Assembly (NCBI GenBank): GCA_947581895.1
Contig: CANPWE010000004.1
Span: forward strand, 2,836 to 66,835
Reading direction: 5' to 3'
DNA length: 64,000 bases
Origin: an uncultured Clostridia bacterium
Lineage (GTDB): Bacteria; Bacillota; Clostridia; TANB77; CAG-508
Below, one piece after another: positions 17,408 through 32,400 of the stretch. How positions within the stretch are numbered: position 1 is the first letter of the stretch; every line of letters starts with the position of its first letter. The position numbers and the translations under genes are program-made. Under the pieces are notes generated by a model. That model did no database searches. It saw nothing but the letters and a program-made list of their open reading frames with translations, and had not been told where the DNA came from.

Positions 17408-20400
17408 ATGAATGCAAAAACTAAAAAAATAATATTTATAGTAAGTATTGTTGTTGCAATATCAATATTAATAATTAACTTATGCACAAAACCAGTAAAA
17501 AATGTGGATAACTCGATAATAAAATTAACACCAGAACAACAAAGGACTATGACTTATAATGTAGTAGAAAAAAATTCTACAATTGTTGATAATACAGATA
17601 ATAATATGCAATTTAGTGCTTTTTTTACAAAAGATAATCAACAATTAGATGGAACATGTAATAAATTAAATATAAAACCAGAACTATTTATAAATCTAAA
17701 TATACAATCAAAAGGTTCTTTACAAGATGGAAAAATCATTATTGAAGGAAAAAACTTTAATTATAGTATGTTTATGATTAAAGACGATGTTTTAAGTGAA
17801 AGCTATATTTCAGATGATGTAACTGAAATAACATTAAATGAAGTTAAAGCTGGTACAAATAAAATGATTTTTGGAAATGTAATAGCTGATATACAAAATA
17901 ACACTAATAATTATGGTGGTGAAAGTACAGTAACTCTAACAGGTACATATGTAAAAGAAGATGGAACAAAAGTACAAATAGAAAAAAAGTGTAATATAAC
18001 TGTAGATTGGTATGGAGACATAAAGGCTAGCTTAAGTACAAGCAAGCATACATACCATTATGATAATATGTCTTCTAATAAAATTACTTTTGGATTCTAT
18101 GTAAATGAGACAGCAAAGGACTTATTACTAGATGAAGTACTAGCAACAGTAGAAATTCCACAATTAAATGGACAAGATCCAGTTAGTGTAGAATGTTCAG
18201 ATTCAAGTGTAGAAGATACATATGATACAAATACGAGAAAGTTAACCTTAAAATGTAAAAGTACTATAGATGATCAAGGAGTTGTAACAAAAAGTTTATC
18301 AAGACAAAGATATTTCAACATAATTGTTACATATCCACCAGAAGCAATTGCAGCAATTCAAGAATACACACAATTAGAAGTACCAATAACTGGTAAATTC
18401 ATAGGTTACAACAACCCTAATGAAGAATTTAAAGATGAAAAAGAATCAAATCTTGCGGAGGGGAAGATAGTATTAGAATTTACAAAAACTCCAGAAATTG
18501 ACCCAGTAAAACCAACTAAATATTCTCATGGATTTGGTATTGAAATATTAAAAAAAGTATATGTTTCTAAGCCAAGTAATAGATATATTTTATCAAAACA
18601 AGATATATTAAATTTATATGATAATAGTGAATATGAAGGTGATTATAAATATACAGTTCGTTGGTACGCATATAGTGGAAATGCAAATGAGATTAAATCC
18701 TTTAAATTGGCAGAAACAAAAAATGGTGAAGATGATGCATATGGAGATAAATTTGATGATTTAGTAATTGATGAATATACAAGTAACACAGGAATCTATT
18801 TTTCAAATGCAAGTACAGTATTAGGTGATAATGGTGAAATTTCAGTTTATGATAATGATACAAATGAACTAATACATAAATTTACTAAAGATGATTGGAA
18901 CAATTATAATGCAGATAATCCATTCCCATATACAAATCCTATTAAACATATAAGGGTAGAAACAACTAAACCTGCAGAAAATTCTTACTTATATGTATAT
19001 AATGTAAAAGAACTTGATGCTAATAAATTGATTGGAAAATATACTATAGATGATATGAAGAAATTTTCTAAAATGACTACATATTTAACAGGAACTGCAA
19101 ATATAGTAGAATCAGAAGAAAAAACAGCAAATCTTACAGATTCCGTGTATTTAGTTTCTGAAACATCAGATGCAAAAATAAGTGTAGAACATGATAAGTT
19201 ACTTACTCAAGAAACAACAAATCAAAAGATATATATTGATACTATTTATTCACAACAAGGTGATTCATATTGGAAAAATGGTCAGTTTATAGTAGAAGTT
19301 CCAGAAGATATAATTAAAATAGATATAAAGAATGTTAGTATAAATAATAATGATGTAAAAGTTGTAGCATATGAAGCAGTAGAAGTGGATGGTAGATATT
19401 TGATAAAAATTATTACAGAAAATGAAAATCCTTCAGTTTATAGAATAACTATTGATTGCGATATTACTCCAGATTCAAGAATGGCAACAAATGAAGAAAC
19501 ATTTACTTTATATGCATATAATGAGAAGTGCAATGAATATTACAATACTATTACAGATAAATATGATGTTGATAATGATAATAGTGCTGATGAAAATGTA
19601 GGAACATCAAGTGGCAAGGTACAATTTATTGCTCCAATGACATTAGTAACATTAGAAACTATTACAGATTATGATAATGAGAAAGATAATGAAATTACCA
19701 TAGCACCAAATGTGGCTGATGTTGATAAAGAAATAAGAAAAGCTAAAATTAATATAAGCTTAACAAATAGTTATCCATATACAGTATCTGGTATTAAAAT
19801 TTTAGGAAAAATTCCTTTTGAAGGAAATACATATATTATAAATAATGATGTAGATATGAAATCTGAATTTGATACTACAATGATTGATGGTGGAATAAAG
19901 GCTGATAAAGATGAGATTAAAAACCATATGGTAGTTTATTATTCTGAAAACGAAAATCCAACACAAGATTTGGAAGATGAAGATAATGGTTGGAAAACAT
20001 TGGAGGAAGGTGCAGATTTTAGTAATATAAAAACATATCTAATAGACTTACAAGATTATCAAATACAATGTGATGAAGAAATAGAGTTATATTATAATGT
20101 TTCTTTACCAGAAAAAATTAGTTATAATAAAACAGCATATAGTAACCACGCAGTTTTCTTTGATTTTATTACTAGTGGTGCAAAAGTACCACTTTCTACA
20201 GAACCAGCTAAGGTTGGTGTAAAAATTGTTAGTAAATATGATTTAGAACTAACTAAATATAAGACACATTCACAATTAACAATTCCTGGAGTTACATATA
20301 GTTTAACATATAATGAAAAAGATACAGAAGGTGTAGAACAAACTAAAACTCGTATTATAACAACAGGTATAAATGGTAAATTAAAAGTTGAAAATTTACA

Positions 20401-23400
20401 TGCAGGAATAAAATACACTTTAAAGGAAGTAAAAGTACCAGATACATGTGAATTAAATACAAAGGAAAATACATTTATAATAAGTGAAGATGGTGAATTA
20501 GAATTTACAGGAGAAAGTAAATCTAAAAATTTTGATGGTAGTGATACTTTAACCATAGAATTGGAAGATGAGGTTAAGGCCAATTTACAAATAACTAAAA
20601 CAAAAATAGGAACAGATAATTTAGAAATAAATAATGTTAGATTTGCTTTAACAGATGAAGAAGGAAATAAGAAAACTGGGGCAACGAAAGAAGGAAAATT
20701 ATTATTTACAGGATTGTTACTAAATAAAAAATACATTTTAACTGAAACAGCTACACCAGGTGGAATTCAATTAAATGAGGGAAATTTTGAATTTACATTA
20801 GTTAGAGATAAGGAAAGTGGTAATATATCTATACAAGAAGGAGAAAAATCATTGCTTTCAGGAGAGGCTACAATATCAGATGATGATAATGTTTTAACTC
20901 CAACTTTAAATGTAAATGTAAAGGATGAATTAAAATACTCATTAGATTTAACTAAGGTAGACTATGATGGAAATTCTGCACAAGGAGTACAGTTTGTATT
21001 AAAAGGAAGAGGTCAAAAAGAAGGTGGAAGTACTTATACAACTACTAAATCAGGAAAAATTAGTGTAAATGGTTTATATGTAGGAGAAGAATACACTTTA
21101 GAAGAAGTAAGAGCAATAGGGTATTATTTAGATAAGGAGAAAAGTCATAAAATTACATTTAAAGTTGAACGTGAAGGTAATTTAAAAGTTACTCAATTTA
21201 ATCATGATAATGTAGAACTTGAGGGGAATTATGAAATTACTGAAAATCAATTAGATGCTAAACTTTCATTTACACTAAAAAACGAAAAAATACCAACATA
21301 TAATTTGAAAATAGTAAAGAAAAATGAAAATAATGATACTTTAGCAGGAGCACAGTTTAAATTAAAAAGTTTAGATACAGATATTGAACAATATATAACC
21401 ATAGATGAACATGGTAATGGTTCTTTTGAAGGATTATATGAGTATATAGAGAATAAGTGTGTTTCAGGAAAATATGAATTAACAGAAACTTATGCTCCAG
21501 AAGGTTATAGATTAGATCCTACTGTAGTTAAGTTTTATGCAAAAAGAAATCCAGAAACACATAAGCTTGAACTAATTATAGAAGAAGGTCAAAAAATAGC
21601 TTCAGTTGTACTAGAAGAGAATATGGAAAGTGATTCAATCAGTAATTCAGAAGGTGGTCCAGAAACTGAAGCAGGAAATGTGGATGGAACTGAAACTGGA
21701 AATGGAGATGAAAGTGAAGATGAAACCAATCCAGACAATAGTAATCAAGAATTTTTAACAATAAGTATTGTTAATAAACCAATCTTTAAATTAAAAAAAC
21801 TAGGAGATAACAATGATGTACTTCCAGGTGCAAAATTTGCTATAACAGATATGAATGGAGATAGTGTTAAAGCTGTAGATGGTAGTACGATTGGTGAGGA
21901 AAAATTAGTATATACTTATTTAACATTTAAAAAAGCTAATGAACATGCATGGACACAAAATGATAATGGAGTATGGAAAAGTGGAAATTATCATGTAGCA
22001 AATTCTACATCTATTTTAGAATCAAATAGTTTTATTATTAAAGAAAATACTACTTTTTCATTTGATTGGTCAGTTTCATCACAAAGTACATCTGATTATT
22101 TATATTATGAAATTATCAATGACTCAACAAATGATAAAAAAGGAGGAACTAACAAGAAAATTAGTGGTACAAGCTATGGTTCAACAGAAGATGCACTAAA
22201 ATATACTACCATATCTGAAGAATTAACTCCAGGAACTTATCATGTAAAATTTTATTATTATAAAAATGGTTCTTCAGATAGTGGATTAGATGCGGGATTT
22301 GTAAAAAATATTTCTAAAGTTTATATGAACCAAACCATAGTTGAAACCGATGGAGAAGGTATAATTTCAGCCAATCTACCAGAAGGATTATATAAAGCTG
22401 TTGAAGTGCAGGCACCAGATGGATATGAACTTACAGATGTTGAAGAAAATAGAACATATTATTTTGGAATTGGTAAAAGCAGGGCTGCAGAAACAACTGG
22501 AAAAATAGATAAGTTAGAATGGGCTAAGTCTGTAAGTTCTGATTATATAACAGAATTTAAGGATGCTGTAAAAACTTCAGATGGAGGAGTAATTGCAGTA
22601 GGAAGTACAGATTCTAATACATATTTATTAAATGAAGATACTAAAAGTGGATTTGGAAATCAAGATGGGTTAATAGTTAAATATAATTCAGATGGAACTG
22701 TAGCTTGGAGTAAAATTTTAGGTGGAGATGGAGATGATGAAATACTTGCTATTACAGAGGATCCACAGGGAGGATATTATGCTGTAGCTGGATATGTATC
22801 TTCGTCTAGTATAGATTATGATAATGAAGAAATAACAGTAGATAACTATGGAAGTGCAGATGGATTCGTAATGAAAATCTCTGAAAATGGAGATAAACAA
22901 TGGTGTAAAACTATTGGAAAACATTTAAGTGATAGAATAGATGCAGTTGCAATAAATGATAATGGAGATGTTGCTGTAACAGGAAGTTATTATGATGTTG
23001 ATATTAACCAGGAAACCAATACTTTAACAGGTACAGCTAATAAAAATGGATTTGTTTGTGTGTTATCAAATTCAGGTGAATATAGTTGGAGCAGTAATTT
23101 AACCAGTACATCTGATGTATTGGGAAGGGCAATTACTACAACTTCAGATGGATTTGCAGTTGGTGTAAGTTTTAGAGGTGAATTAAGCATAGATAATAAT
23201 TCAGAGAAAATCACATCAAAAGGTAATGCTGATGGAATTGTAATAGGATACAACTCTTCAGGTACAGTTAGTTGGAAAACCCAAATTGGTAGTACAGGAA
23301 ATGATGAAATATATGATATTATAGATTATGAAGATTCAGAACAAAATAGAAAGATAGTAGCAGTAGGTGCATTTGGAGCTAGTTTTGATATAAATAATGA

Positions 23401-26400
23401 TGGTACAAATGATTTAACTACAAAAGGTGTTTATGATGGAATGATAGTTAAATTGCAAGAAGAAAATGGTACATATGAAAAAGCTTTGTCTATTGGTGGT
23501 TCATCTGATGAGGTTATAACATCAATAGTTCCAACCAAAAATGGAGGATTATTATTTGGTGGATGGAAATATAGTAGCTCTGTATCATTTAATGGTGGTT
23601 CAAATGTATTTACAAGTAATAGTGGTATAAATGATGGGTTTATTATAGAATTAAACTCTACAGATGAAATAGTATGGAGTGACACAGTTAAAGGTACATT
23701 ATATGATATGGTAAATGGTGTAGTACAAGCAGAAGATGGTTCATGTTTTGCTGTGGGAGATTTCCAAAGTAAAAGTTTAGCAGCATTTGATAAAACAGGA
23801 ATACTTTCAAATACTAGTTCATATGACTCAGATGCTTTTATTTTAAAATATGCACAAACAGTTACAACAGCAGCTGTTCCAGAAGCACAGGAAATAGTAG
23901 TAAAAAATGAAATAAAAAAATTTGCAATAACAACTGAAATAGGTGAAAACTTACAAGGTGAACGAGTTGGTGGAAATATCACAGGAATATATAATGGGGA
24001 ATATCCAGAAGTAAATAATAAAAAATTCGTTGAAAAAGTAAAATATGGTTATAATAGTACTCAAGAAATAAGAATTGAGCCAATAACAGATTATACAGTT
24101 ACAAAAATAACCATAAATGGTAAAGAAGTGAAACTTATACCTGAAGAAGATGGAACAGTTATTATAAAAGCTGGATATTTTACCAAGATGAATGAAGATA
24201 AGCATATAGTTGTTACATTTGCTAATATTAGTCATACTTTAAATATTGAGAAAGTTGGCGAAGATGGAGAACCTCTTGAAGGGGCGGAATTTAAAATTAA
24301 ATCTAATAATGAGACACCAGAGTTTGAGGAGATGGAAGATAATGGAGCAAAATATAAATATGCTGATACTACTAAGCCGATTGATTTTGAAGATACATTG
24401 ACTGAAAATGGTGTTATATATGGAGAACCTGATAAAAGTAATGGAGTTGATGATAAGGTAATTGGGGATATACAAAATAATGGAAAAACGTATTATTTTG
24501 AAAAAAACCAAGAAGATGGATCATATAAACCAAATAATAAAGGAAAGGGAGGAACTACTGCATATTCATACTTCAAAATAGATTTAACTGAATATCCAGA
24601 AGATGATTATCAAGTAGTTGTAACAGCAAAAGTTTATAGCGAGAAAAACTACGATTATGGATATGCGACCATAAATGAAAGCACAGCAGATGTAGAACAC
24701 GATAATACTGTAGGAAGATTTATACATATTGCTGGGGAAACTACAGATGTTACAACAGTAAAAGAATATGAGTCTCCTGTATTAGAAGGAGGAAAAGAAT
24801 ATTATTTGCACATTGGTTACAGAAAAGATGGAAGTGGAGACAAGGGTGATGATGTATTTACTGTAACAGGAATAAAAGTTTATAAGTCAAATACGAGTAC
24901 ATATAATTTAAATAAAGATAAAGATAATAAATATATTCCTACTAATTTAACAAAACCTGATACAATAGCTAACTCATATATTCCAATAAATTTAGCAGGA
25001 AAAGAAGGAAAATGTGCAATTGTTATAAATGCCCAAACAAATAGTGCAAGTAATGAATACCTATATGCACATATAACAGATAATACTGATAGACCTGCAC
25101 AAAGTACTACTACAAACAGAATTATGAGTATTTCAGGAAACAGTCCAGCAAAAGATTATGAGTTCCTAGTAGATGGTGGAAAACAGTACTATTTACATTT
25201 AGGTTATAGTAATGTATCATCTTCAGAAAAAACAGTTGCAATAAATAGTATAAATGTATATGAAACAAAAGAATTAACTTTTGATTTTGATAAGGTAACC
25301 AATGAAGAAACTACAGACGAAGAAGATAATAGTGTAATAAAAGGTTATGTTTCAAATAATGTTAAAAGGAACAATACATATGCATATAGCTACATACCAT
25401 TAGACTTAACCAATTATTATGGAGATTACAAATTAACTGTAAATGCAACCATAGAGGGAACAACTAATGACCATGGATTTGTTACAGTTAAGACTGATAA
25501 TACAGCTCCTGAATATAATGTTACAACCAATAGAATTTTTGACCTTACTGGAACTAAAACACAAGAAGGATCTATAACTCTTATAGGAGGAACCAAATAT
25601 TATATTCACTTAGGATATTACAATGGCTCTACAGATGCAACAAATGCAGATACATTTACAATTAACAGCATAAAAGTAGAACCAGTAGTAAAGGAATATA
25701 CAGCAAGTACAAATTCTAGTGGAAAAGCAACAGTAGAAGTTGAGGATTTAGGAAAATATCAGATACAAGAAACAAAGGCACCAGAACACTATATTCTGTC
25801 ATCAGATATAAAAGATGTTGAACTAAAACAAGGTGGTGATAATGAAACATTTTCATTTATAAATAAAAGAAATCCTCTAGTAATAGTACATCACTACTTA
25901 AAAAATGAAAAAGGAGAATATACAAAACAACAAGTAGCAGAAGATGAAACTTTTGAAGGAGAGCCTAATAAAACATATACAACCAAACCAAAGTCAGACT
26001 TAAAAGGACTAACATTGGAAAAAATAAATGGTAAATATAGAACTCCAGAAAATGGTAGTGGTACATATCCTGAAACAGGAATTATTGAAGTAGAATACTA
26101 TTATGAAACAACTCCAATGAAATTAACTATACACCATTATTTAGAGGGAACAGAAGATAAAGTTCAATTATATGGTAAAGAAGTTGATGATGAAATTGTA
26201 TATACAGATTCGATAGTAACATTTGATGACAATGGAAACTATACTGTTTCTGCAAAAAATACATATACATTAAATAATAATAATAATTATGAAAATTTAT
26301 TAGCGACAGATTATGTATTTACAAGTGTATCAACTCAGAGTTTAGATGATGAGGGTAAACAAAGTGATCCAAACATAGCTGAAATAACAGATATATTTAA

Positions 26401-29400
26401 CTATACTACAGATTCAGAGATAATTTATTACTACAAATTGAAAACTCATGTTATAACAACAGAGGTAATACCACATACAGAAAGTAGAACAGATGAAATG
26501 TTAAATACTAAGGTAGATAAAGAAGTAGATGGTGGAACTATAACAGGTGAATATAATAAAGAATATCCAGAAGAGAATAGAAAACAATTTGTAGAAGAAG
26601 TAATACAAAAAGAAAATTCAAAAAAGACAATAACAGCAACTCCAAATTATGGATATACAGTAAAATATGTTAAAGTTATTACCACAACTGATGATGGTAA
26701 GAAAACAGAAGAATTGTTATATGGAAGTGATAATAAAGAAAACAATGAAAAAAGTAGCGAAAACGATAATAATAACAAGAAAGTTGAAGAAATTAGTAAA
26801 CAAACAAGTGAAGAACAAACAGAAGGAAATACAAACAAAGAACAAAATATATTAGTAAGTGAAAAATCAAATGATAATCTAAAAGAAGAAAATAGTGGTA
26901 GCTCAGAGGACGGTGGAATAAACAGCAGTAAAGAAGAAAATCTTGAAAATGAAGGAAGTGAAGAAAATCAAGGAAATGATTCTGCTGAAGTTACAGGAGG
27001 AAGAGTAGTTGTTACAGTAGCACCATTTGAATCAGTAACAGCAGATAAACATGTAATAGTAGAATTTGCACCAATAAAAGGTACAGTTGAAGTACATCAT
27101 ATTATAAATGGAAAAACAGAAGATTATGAGAATTATGAAATGACTGATTTAGTTGGAGAAAAATATTATACTGGTCCAATAACTATACCACATTATCAAT
27201 TAGTGTATTCTTCTGAAAATACAACTGGTAAATTTGAGGAGGGTAAAATAGATGTTTATTACTACTATGATTTAAGAGAATATTCATATCGTGTAGAATA
27301 TTACTATGATAATCAAATTGATGATAAAAATACTGAAAAACGAAAGGCAAAATATGGTGAAATAATTGATAATTATGTAGATAAAAACAAAACAGGATAT
27401 CAATTTGAAAGAAAAGAACCTTTAAATGAAGAAGGAGATTTATCACTAAAGATTTCTGATAATCCAGAAGAAAATGTAATTAAAATATTCTATGAAAGAA
27501 AGTCATATGAATATACAGTAGAATATTATTATGATGATGTAAAAGATGAAACTGAAACAAAACATAGTGAAGCAAAATATGGAGATAAAATAACAACTTA
27601 TGAAAAAACTAAAAAACAGGGCTACAGATTAGTAAAAGAAACACCAACAGATGAAAATGATGAATTTGGATTAACTATTTCTGAAAATCCTAATAAAAAT
27701 ATAATAAGAATTTATTACAGAAGTGAATATAATATAACAACAAAAGTAAAAACACATGAAGAAAAATATTTAAATAATACAATAAAGAATGATGTAAGAG
27801 GTGGAAACATTTCTGGAGATTCAACAATTTCAATAGATGGAAAAGACCCAACAAATCCTGAAGACATTATGAAACCATATGAAAAAGTACTAAAAGATGA
27901 TGATAGTACATTACCAATCAAAATAATACCAGATGATGATTATAAAATAGTAAATGTATGGATATCTGATGGACCAGAGGAAGAAAAAGAAAGAATACCA
28001 CTAGATTTTACTAAATATATGCAAGATGGAATAGTAACTCTTCCAAAAGGATATTTCCAAGATATGGATTCAAATAAACATATTGAAGTAGAATTCAGAA
28101 GAAAAACAAAAGTTATAGTAAGATATTATGAAAAAGATGGTGAAAGATATACAACTAACCCATTAGCAGAATCAGAAGAAATAGATGGATATGAAAGTCA
28201 GGCATATAAAACAGATAGGTTAAATATAACAAATTACAGAGGAGTAGCAGATGAAGATGGAAATGAAGAACCTATAAATAAGGAAGGAACAATGATGGCA
28301 GATACTATAGAAGTAATCTACTATTATGAAAGAATTCCTTCAGGAATAACAGTAAAACACGTAGAGAAACTGTTTAATGAAGAAGGAGAAGTTGTAAGTG
28401 CACAAATAGATGGAATTAAAGATGAAACAATAGACGGATATGTAGGATTACCATATGAAACAAAAAGAAAAGAAATAGACCACTATATTCCAGCAGATCC
28501 ACCAGAATCAATAGAAGAAAAAGAAAATGTTATCAATGTAAAAAAATCAGAAGAAAGTAAAAATGGTGAATTTACAGAAGATGCAATTGAAATAGTATAT
28601 TGGTATGAAAGACAATTTGATATTACAACAGAAGTAAAAAAACATACAGAAGAAAGAGAAAATACTGAAACAGGTGAAAAAGAAACAAAAGAAGTAGATG
28701 GAGGAACAATTACAGGAATGTATGAAACTCCTTATGAAACAGTAACATATAACCATTCATCAAATAAGCCAATAAAAGCTATACCAAATACACATTACAT
28801 AGTTAAATCTATAACATTAGTAAGCACAGATAGAGCAGGACATGATAAAACAACACTAATATATGGAGATGATGCTAACCAAGATGCAGAAGTACAATGT
28901 ACAAAACAATCAGATGGTTCAGTAACAGTAAGTAATTTTGAAAATGTAAAAGAAAATAAAAAAATTATAGTAGAATTTGAACCAATAAAAGGAAAAGTAA
29001 TTGTACATCATTATATTGAAGGAACTGGAAAAGAATTTAACAAACCAGAACAAAAAGTTCCATCAAATATAGAAGGTGAATATATAGAAGATGAAATATT
29101 AACAGACTTAATTGATGAAAAATATGAAACAAAAGAAAATCAAAATGTATCAAGTATTTATAAATGTGTAAGAACTTCAGGTAATGTAACAGGAAAATAT
29201 ACAGAAGAAGAAATACATGTATATTATTACTATGATTATAAAGAATATAAATATACTGTACAATACTACTATGATGGAGTATTAAATGAAAATAAAACAG
29301 ATGTGAAATCAGTTAAATATAATACACAAATAGATGAATGTACAGATAAAATTGAAAATGGTTATGTAAAAGATAGAACAGATAATTTACCTCTAATAGT

Positions 29401-32400
29401 AAAAGATAATGAATCTGAAAATGTAATAAAAGTATATTACACAAGTATATATAACATAACAACAGATGTAATACCACACATAGAAAAAAGAACAAATTCA
29501 CAAGGTCAAAAAGAAAATAGAAGTGTAGATGGTGGTACAATTACAGGACAAGGCCAAGAACCTTATGAGGTAGTAAGATATAAGGAAAACTCAAAAAATG
29601 AAATAACAATTAAACCAGAAGATAATTATAAAATAAAATCTATAATACTAGAAAGTATAACCAGAAATGTAACATCAATAACCACAACAAAATTATATGG
29701 AGAAGGTGCTGCAGAATCAGCAGAAGTAACATGTAAAATAAATGAAGATGGTTCAATAACATTAACTAATTTTGAAAATGTAACAGAACATAAAAATATA
29801 AAAGTAGAATTTGAACCAATTCCTGGAACTGTAATTGTTCATCATTATATGAAAGAAACTGGTGATGAATATGGTGTACCAGCAGTACCAGTTCCAGCTA
29901 AAGGTGGGGGATATTTACAAGATGAAACATTTACAGATTTAATTGGAGAACCATATGAAACATCACAAAGTGACAATGTAGTAGATATATGTAAATGTGT
30001 TGGTTCATCAGATAATACAGATGGACAATATGTAAAAGGAATAACACATGTATATTATTACTATGATTATAAAGATTACAAATACACAGTACAATACTAC
30101 TATGATGGAGTATTAGATAATGAAAAAACATATGAAGAAAATGTTAAATATGGAACTGAAATAAAAGATTATAGAAATGAAATTAAGGATGGTTATGTAT
30201 TAGAGGAAGTAGATGAAATACCACTAATAGTAACTGATGACGAATCACATAATGTAATTAAAGTATATTATACAAGTGTATATAATATAACAACACAAGT
30301 AAAACCACATACAGAAAAAAGAACAAATAAAACAACAGGACAGAAAGAAGAAGTAACTGTAGATGGAGGAAAGATTACAGGACAAGGTCAACAACCATAT
30401 GAAGTAGTAAAATATAATCAAAATTCGGTAAATCCAATAATAATAACACCAGACCCAAATTATATTGTAAAATCAATAATACTAGTAAGTAAAAATAGAG
30501 AGGAAAATAGTACAACAACAGTAGTATATGATAAAGATGCTACTACAGATAGCTCAACAAATGCGGAAATTGGTTACACAGAAAATGAAGATGGAACAAT
30601 TACCTTAGATAACTTTACAAATGTGATGGAACATAAACATATTATAGTAGAATTTGAGCCAATTTTAGGTACTGTAATAGTACATCACTATATTACAGGA
30701 ACAGGTGAACAATTTAACACAACACCAGTAAAAGTTCCTGCAAAAGATGGTGGAGTAGTAGAAAATGAAACTCTAAAAGATCTAATTGGTGAAGAATATG
30801 TAACATCTGAAAGTGAAAATATAGCAGATATATATGAAAAGGTAAGTTCAACAAATAATACAAAAGGAGAGTTTACAAAAGATACAATTGATGTATATTA
30901 TTATTATGATTATAAGCATTATGATTATACAATAGAGTACTATTATGATGGAGAAAAAGATGTAAATGAAACAGTGCATGGTTCAGCAAAATATGGTGAT
31001 AAAATAACAGAATTTGATGATAAGATAAGAGATGGCTATGTATTAGTTGATAAGCAACCTGTAGATTCAGATGGAGAATTTGGCTTGACTATTAAAGATA
31101 AACCAGATGAAAATGTAATAAGAATCTATTATAGAAGTCAATATAAAATAACAACAAAAGTTGTAACACATACAGAAGAATATTCAAATGGAGATGTTGT
31201 ACAAGATGTAAGAGGTGGAACAATTTCAGGAGATTTTACACTATTAACAAATCCTGCTGAACCAGGGGATTTAACAGACCCAACTAAACAAATAACTCCA
31301 TATGAAATAGTACTAAAAGGAGATAGTAATAAACAGCCAATTGAAATAGTTCCAGCAGAAAACTATCAAATAGTAAAAATATGGATATCTGATGGATTAA
31401 ATGCTGATAAAAAAGAATTAGATTTTAGCAGTCTAATAGAAAATGAATCAGTAATATTGCCAATAGAATACTTTACAAACATGCAATCAGATAAGCATAT
31501 AGAAGTAGAGTTTAGGAGAAAAACAAAGGTTATAGTAAAATATCTAGAAAAAGTAGGAGAAGAATATACAAAAAAATCCCTATTAGATGATGAGATAATA
31601 GATGGATATGAAGGTAAAGAATATGAAACATTAAGAAAAAATATAACATATTATAAGTCAACAAAAGACCAAAATGGAAATATTACACCAGAAAATGCAG
31701 CAGGAAAAATGAAGGCTGATACAATAGAAGTAGTTTATTATTACGAAAAAATTCCAGCAGGAGTAACAGTAAAATATGTGGAAAAAGTGGTTAATTCAAA
31801 TGGAGAAATAGAAGGAGTAGCAATAGATGAAGTAGAAGATGATAATATAACAGGATATGTATCAGAATCATATGAAACATCAAGAAAAAGAATAGAAAAT
31901 TATATATCAGCAACACCACCACAATTACCAGAAGGTACAGAAAATGTTGTGTATGTAGATATGCTAGAAGATTCATATAATGGAATATTTACAGAGGAGC
32001 CATTTGAAATTTACTACTGGTATGAAAGAGTGTTTGATATAACAACAGAGATAACACCTCATATAGAAAATAGAACTAATAAAGAAACTGGAGAAAAGGA
32101 AGAGAAACTTGTAGATGGTGGAGATATTTCAGGAAAAGATGAAAAACCATATGAGACTGTAGTTTATAAATCTGATGCAGAACATGAAATTGTAATTACA
32201 CCAGAAGATAATTACATAATAAAATCAATAAAAATAATAAGTACAAATAGAGCAAAAGAAGAAACTGAAATTGTAATATATGGGGATGGTGCAGTACAAA
32301 ATGCAGAAATTAGCTATACCCAAGCTCAAGATGGAACAGTAACATTAAGCAAATTTAAGAATGTACAATCAGATAAACGTGTTGTTGTAGAATTTGAGCC

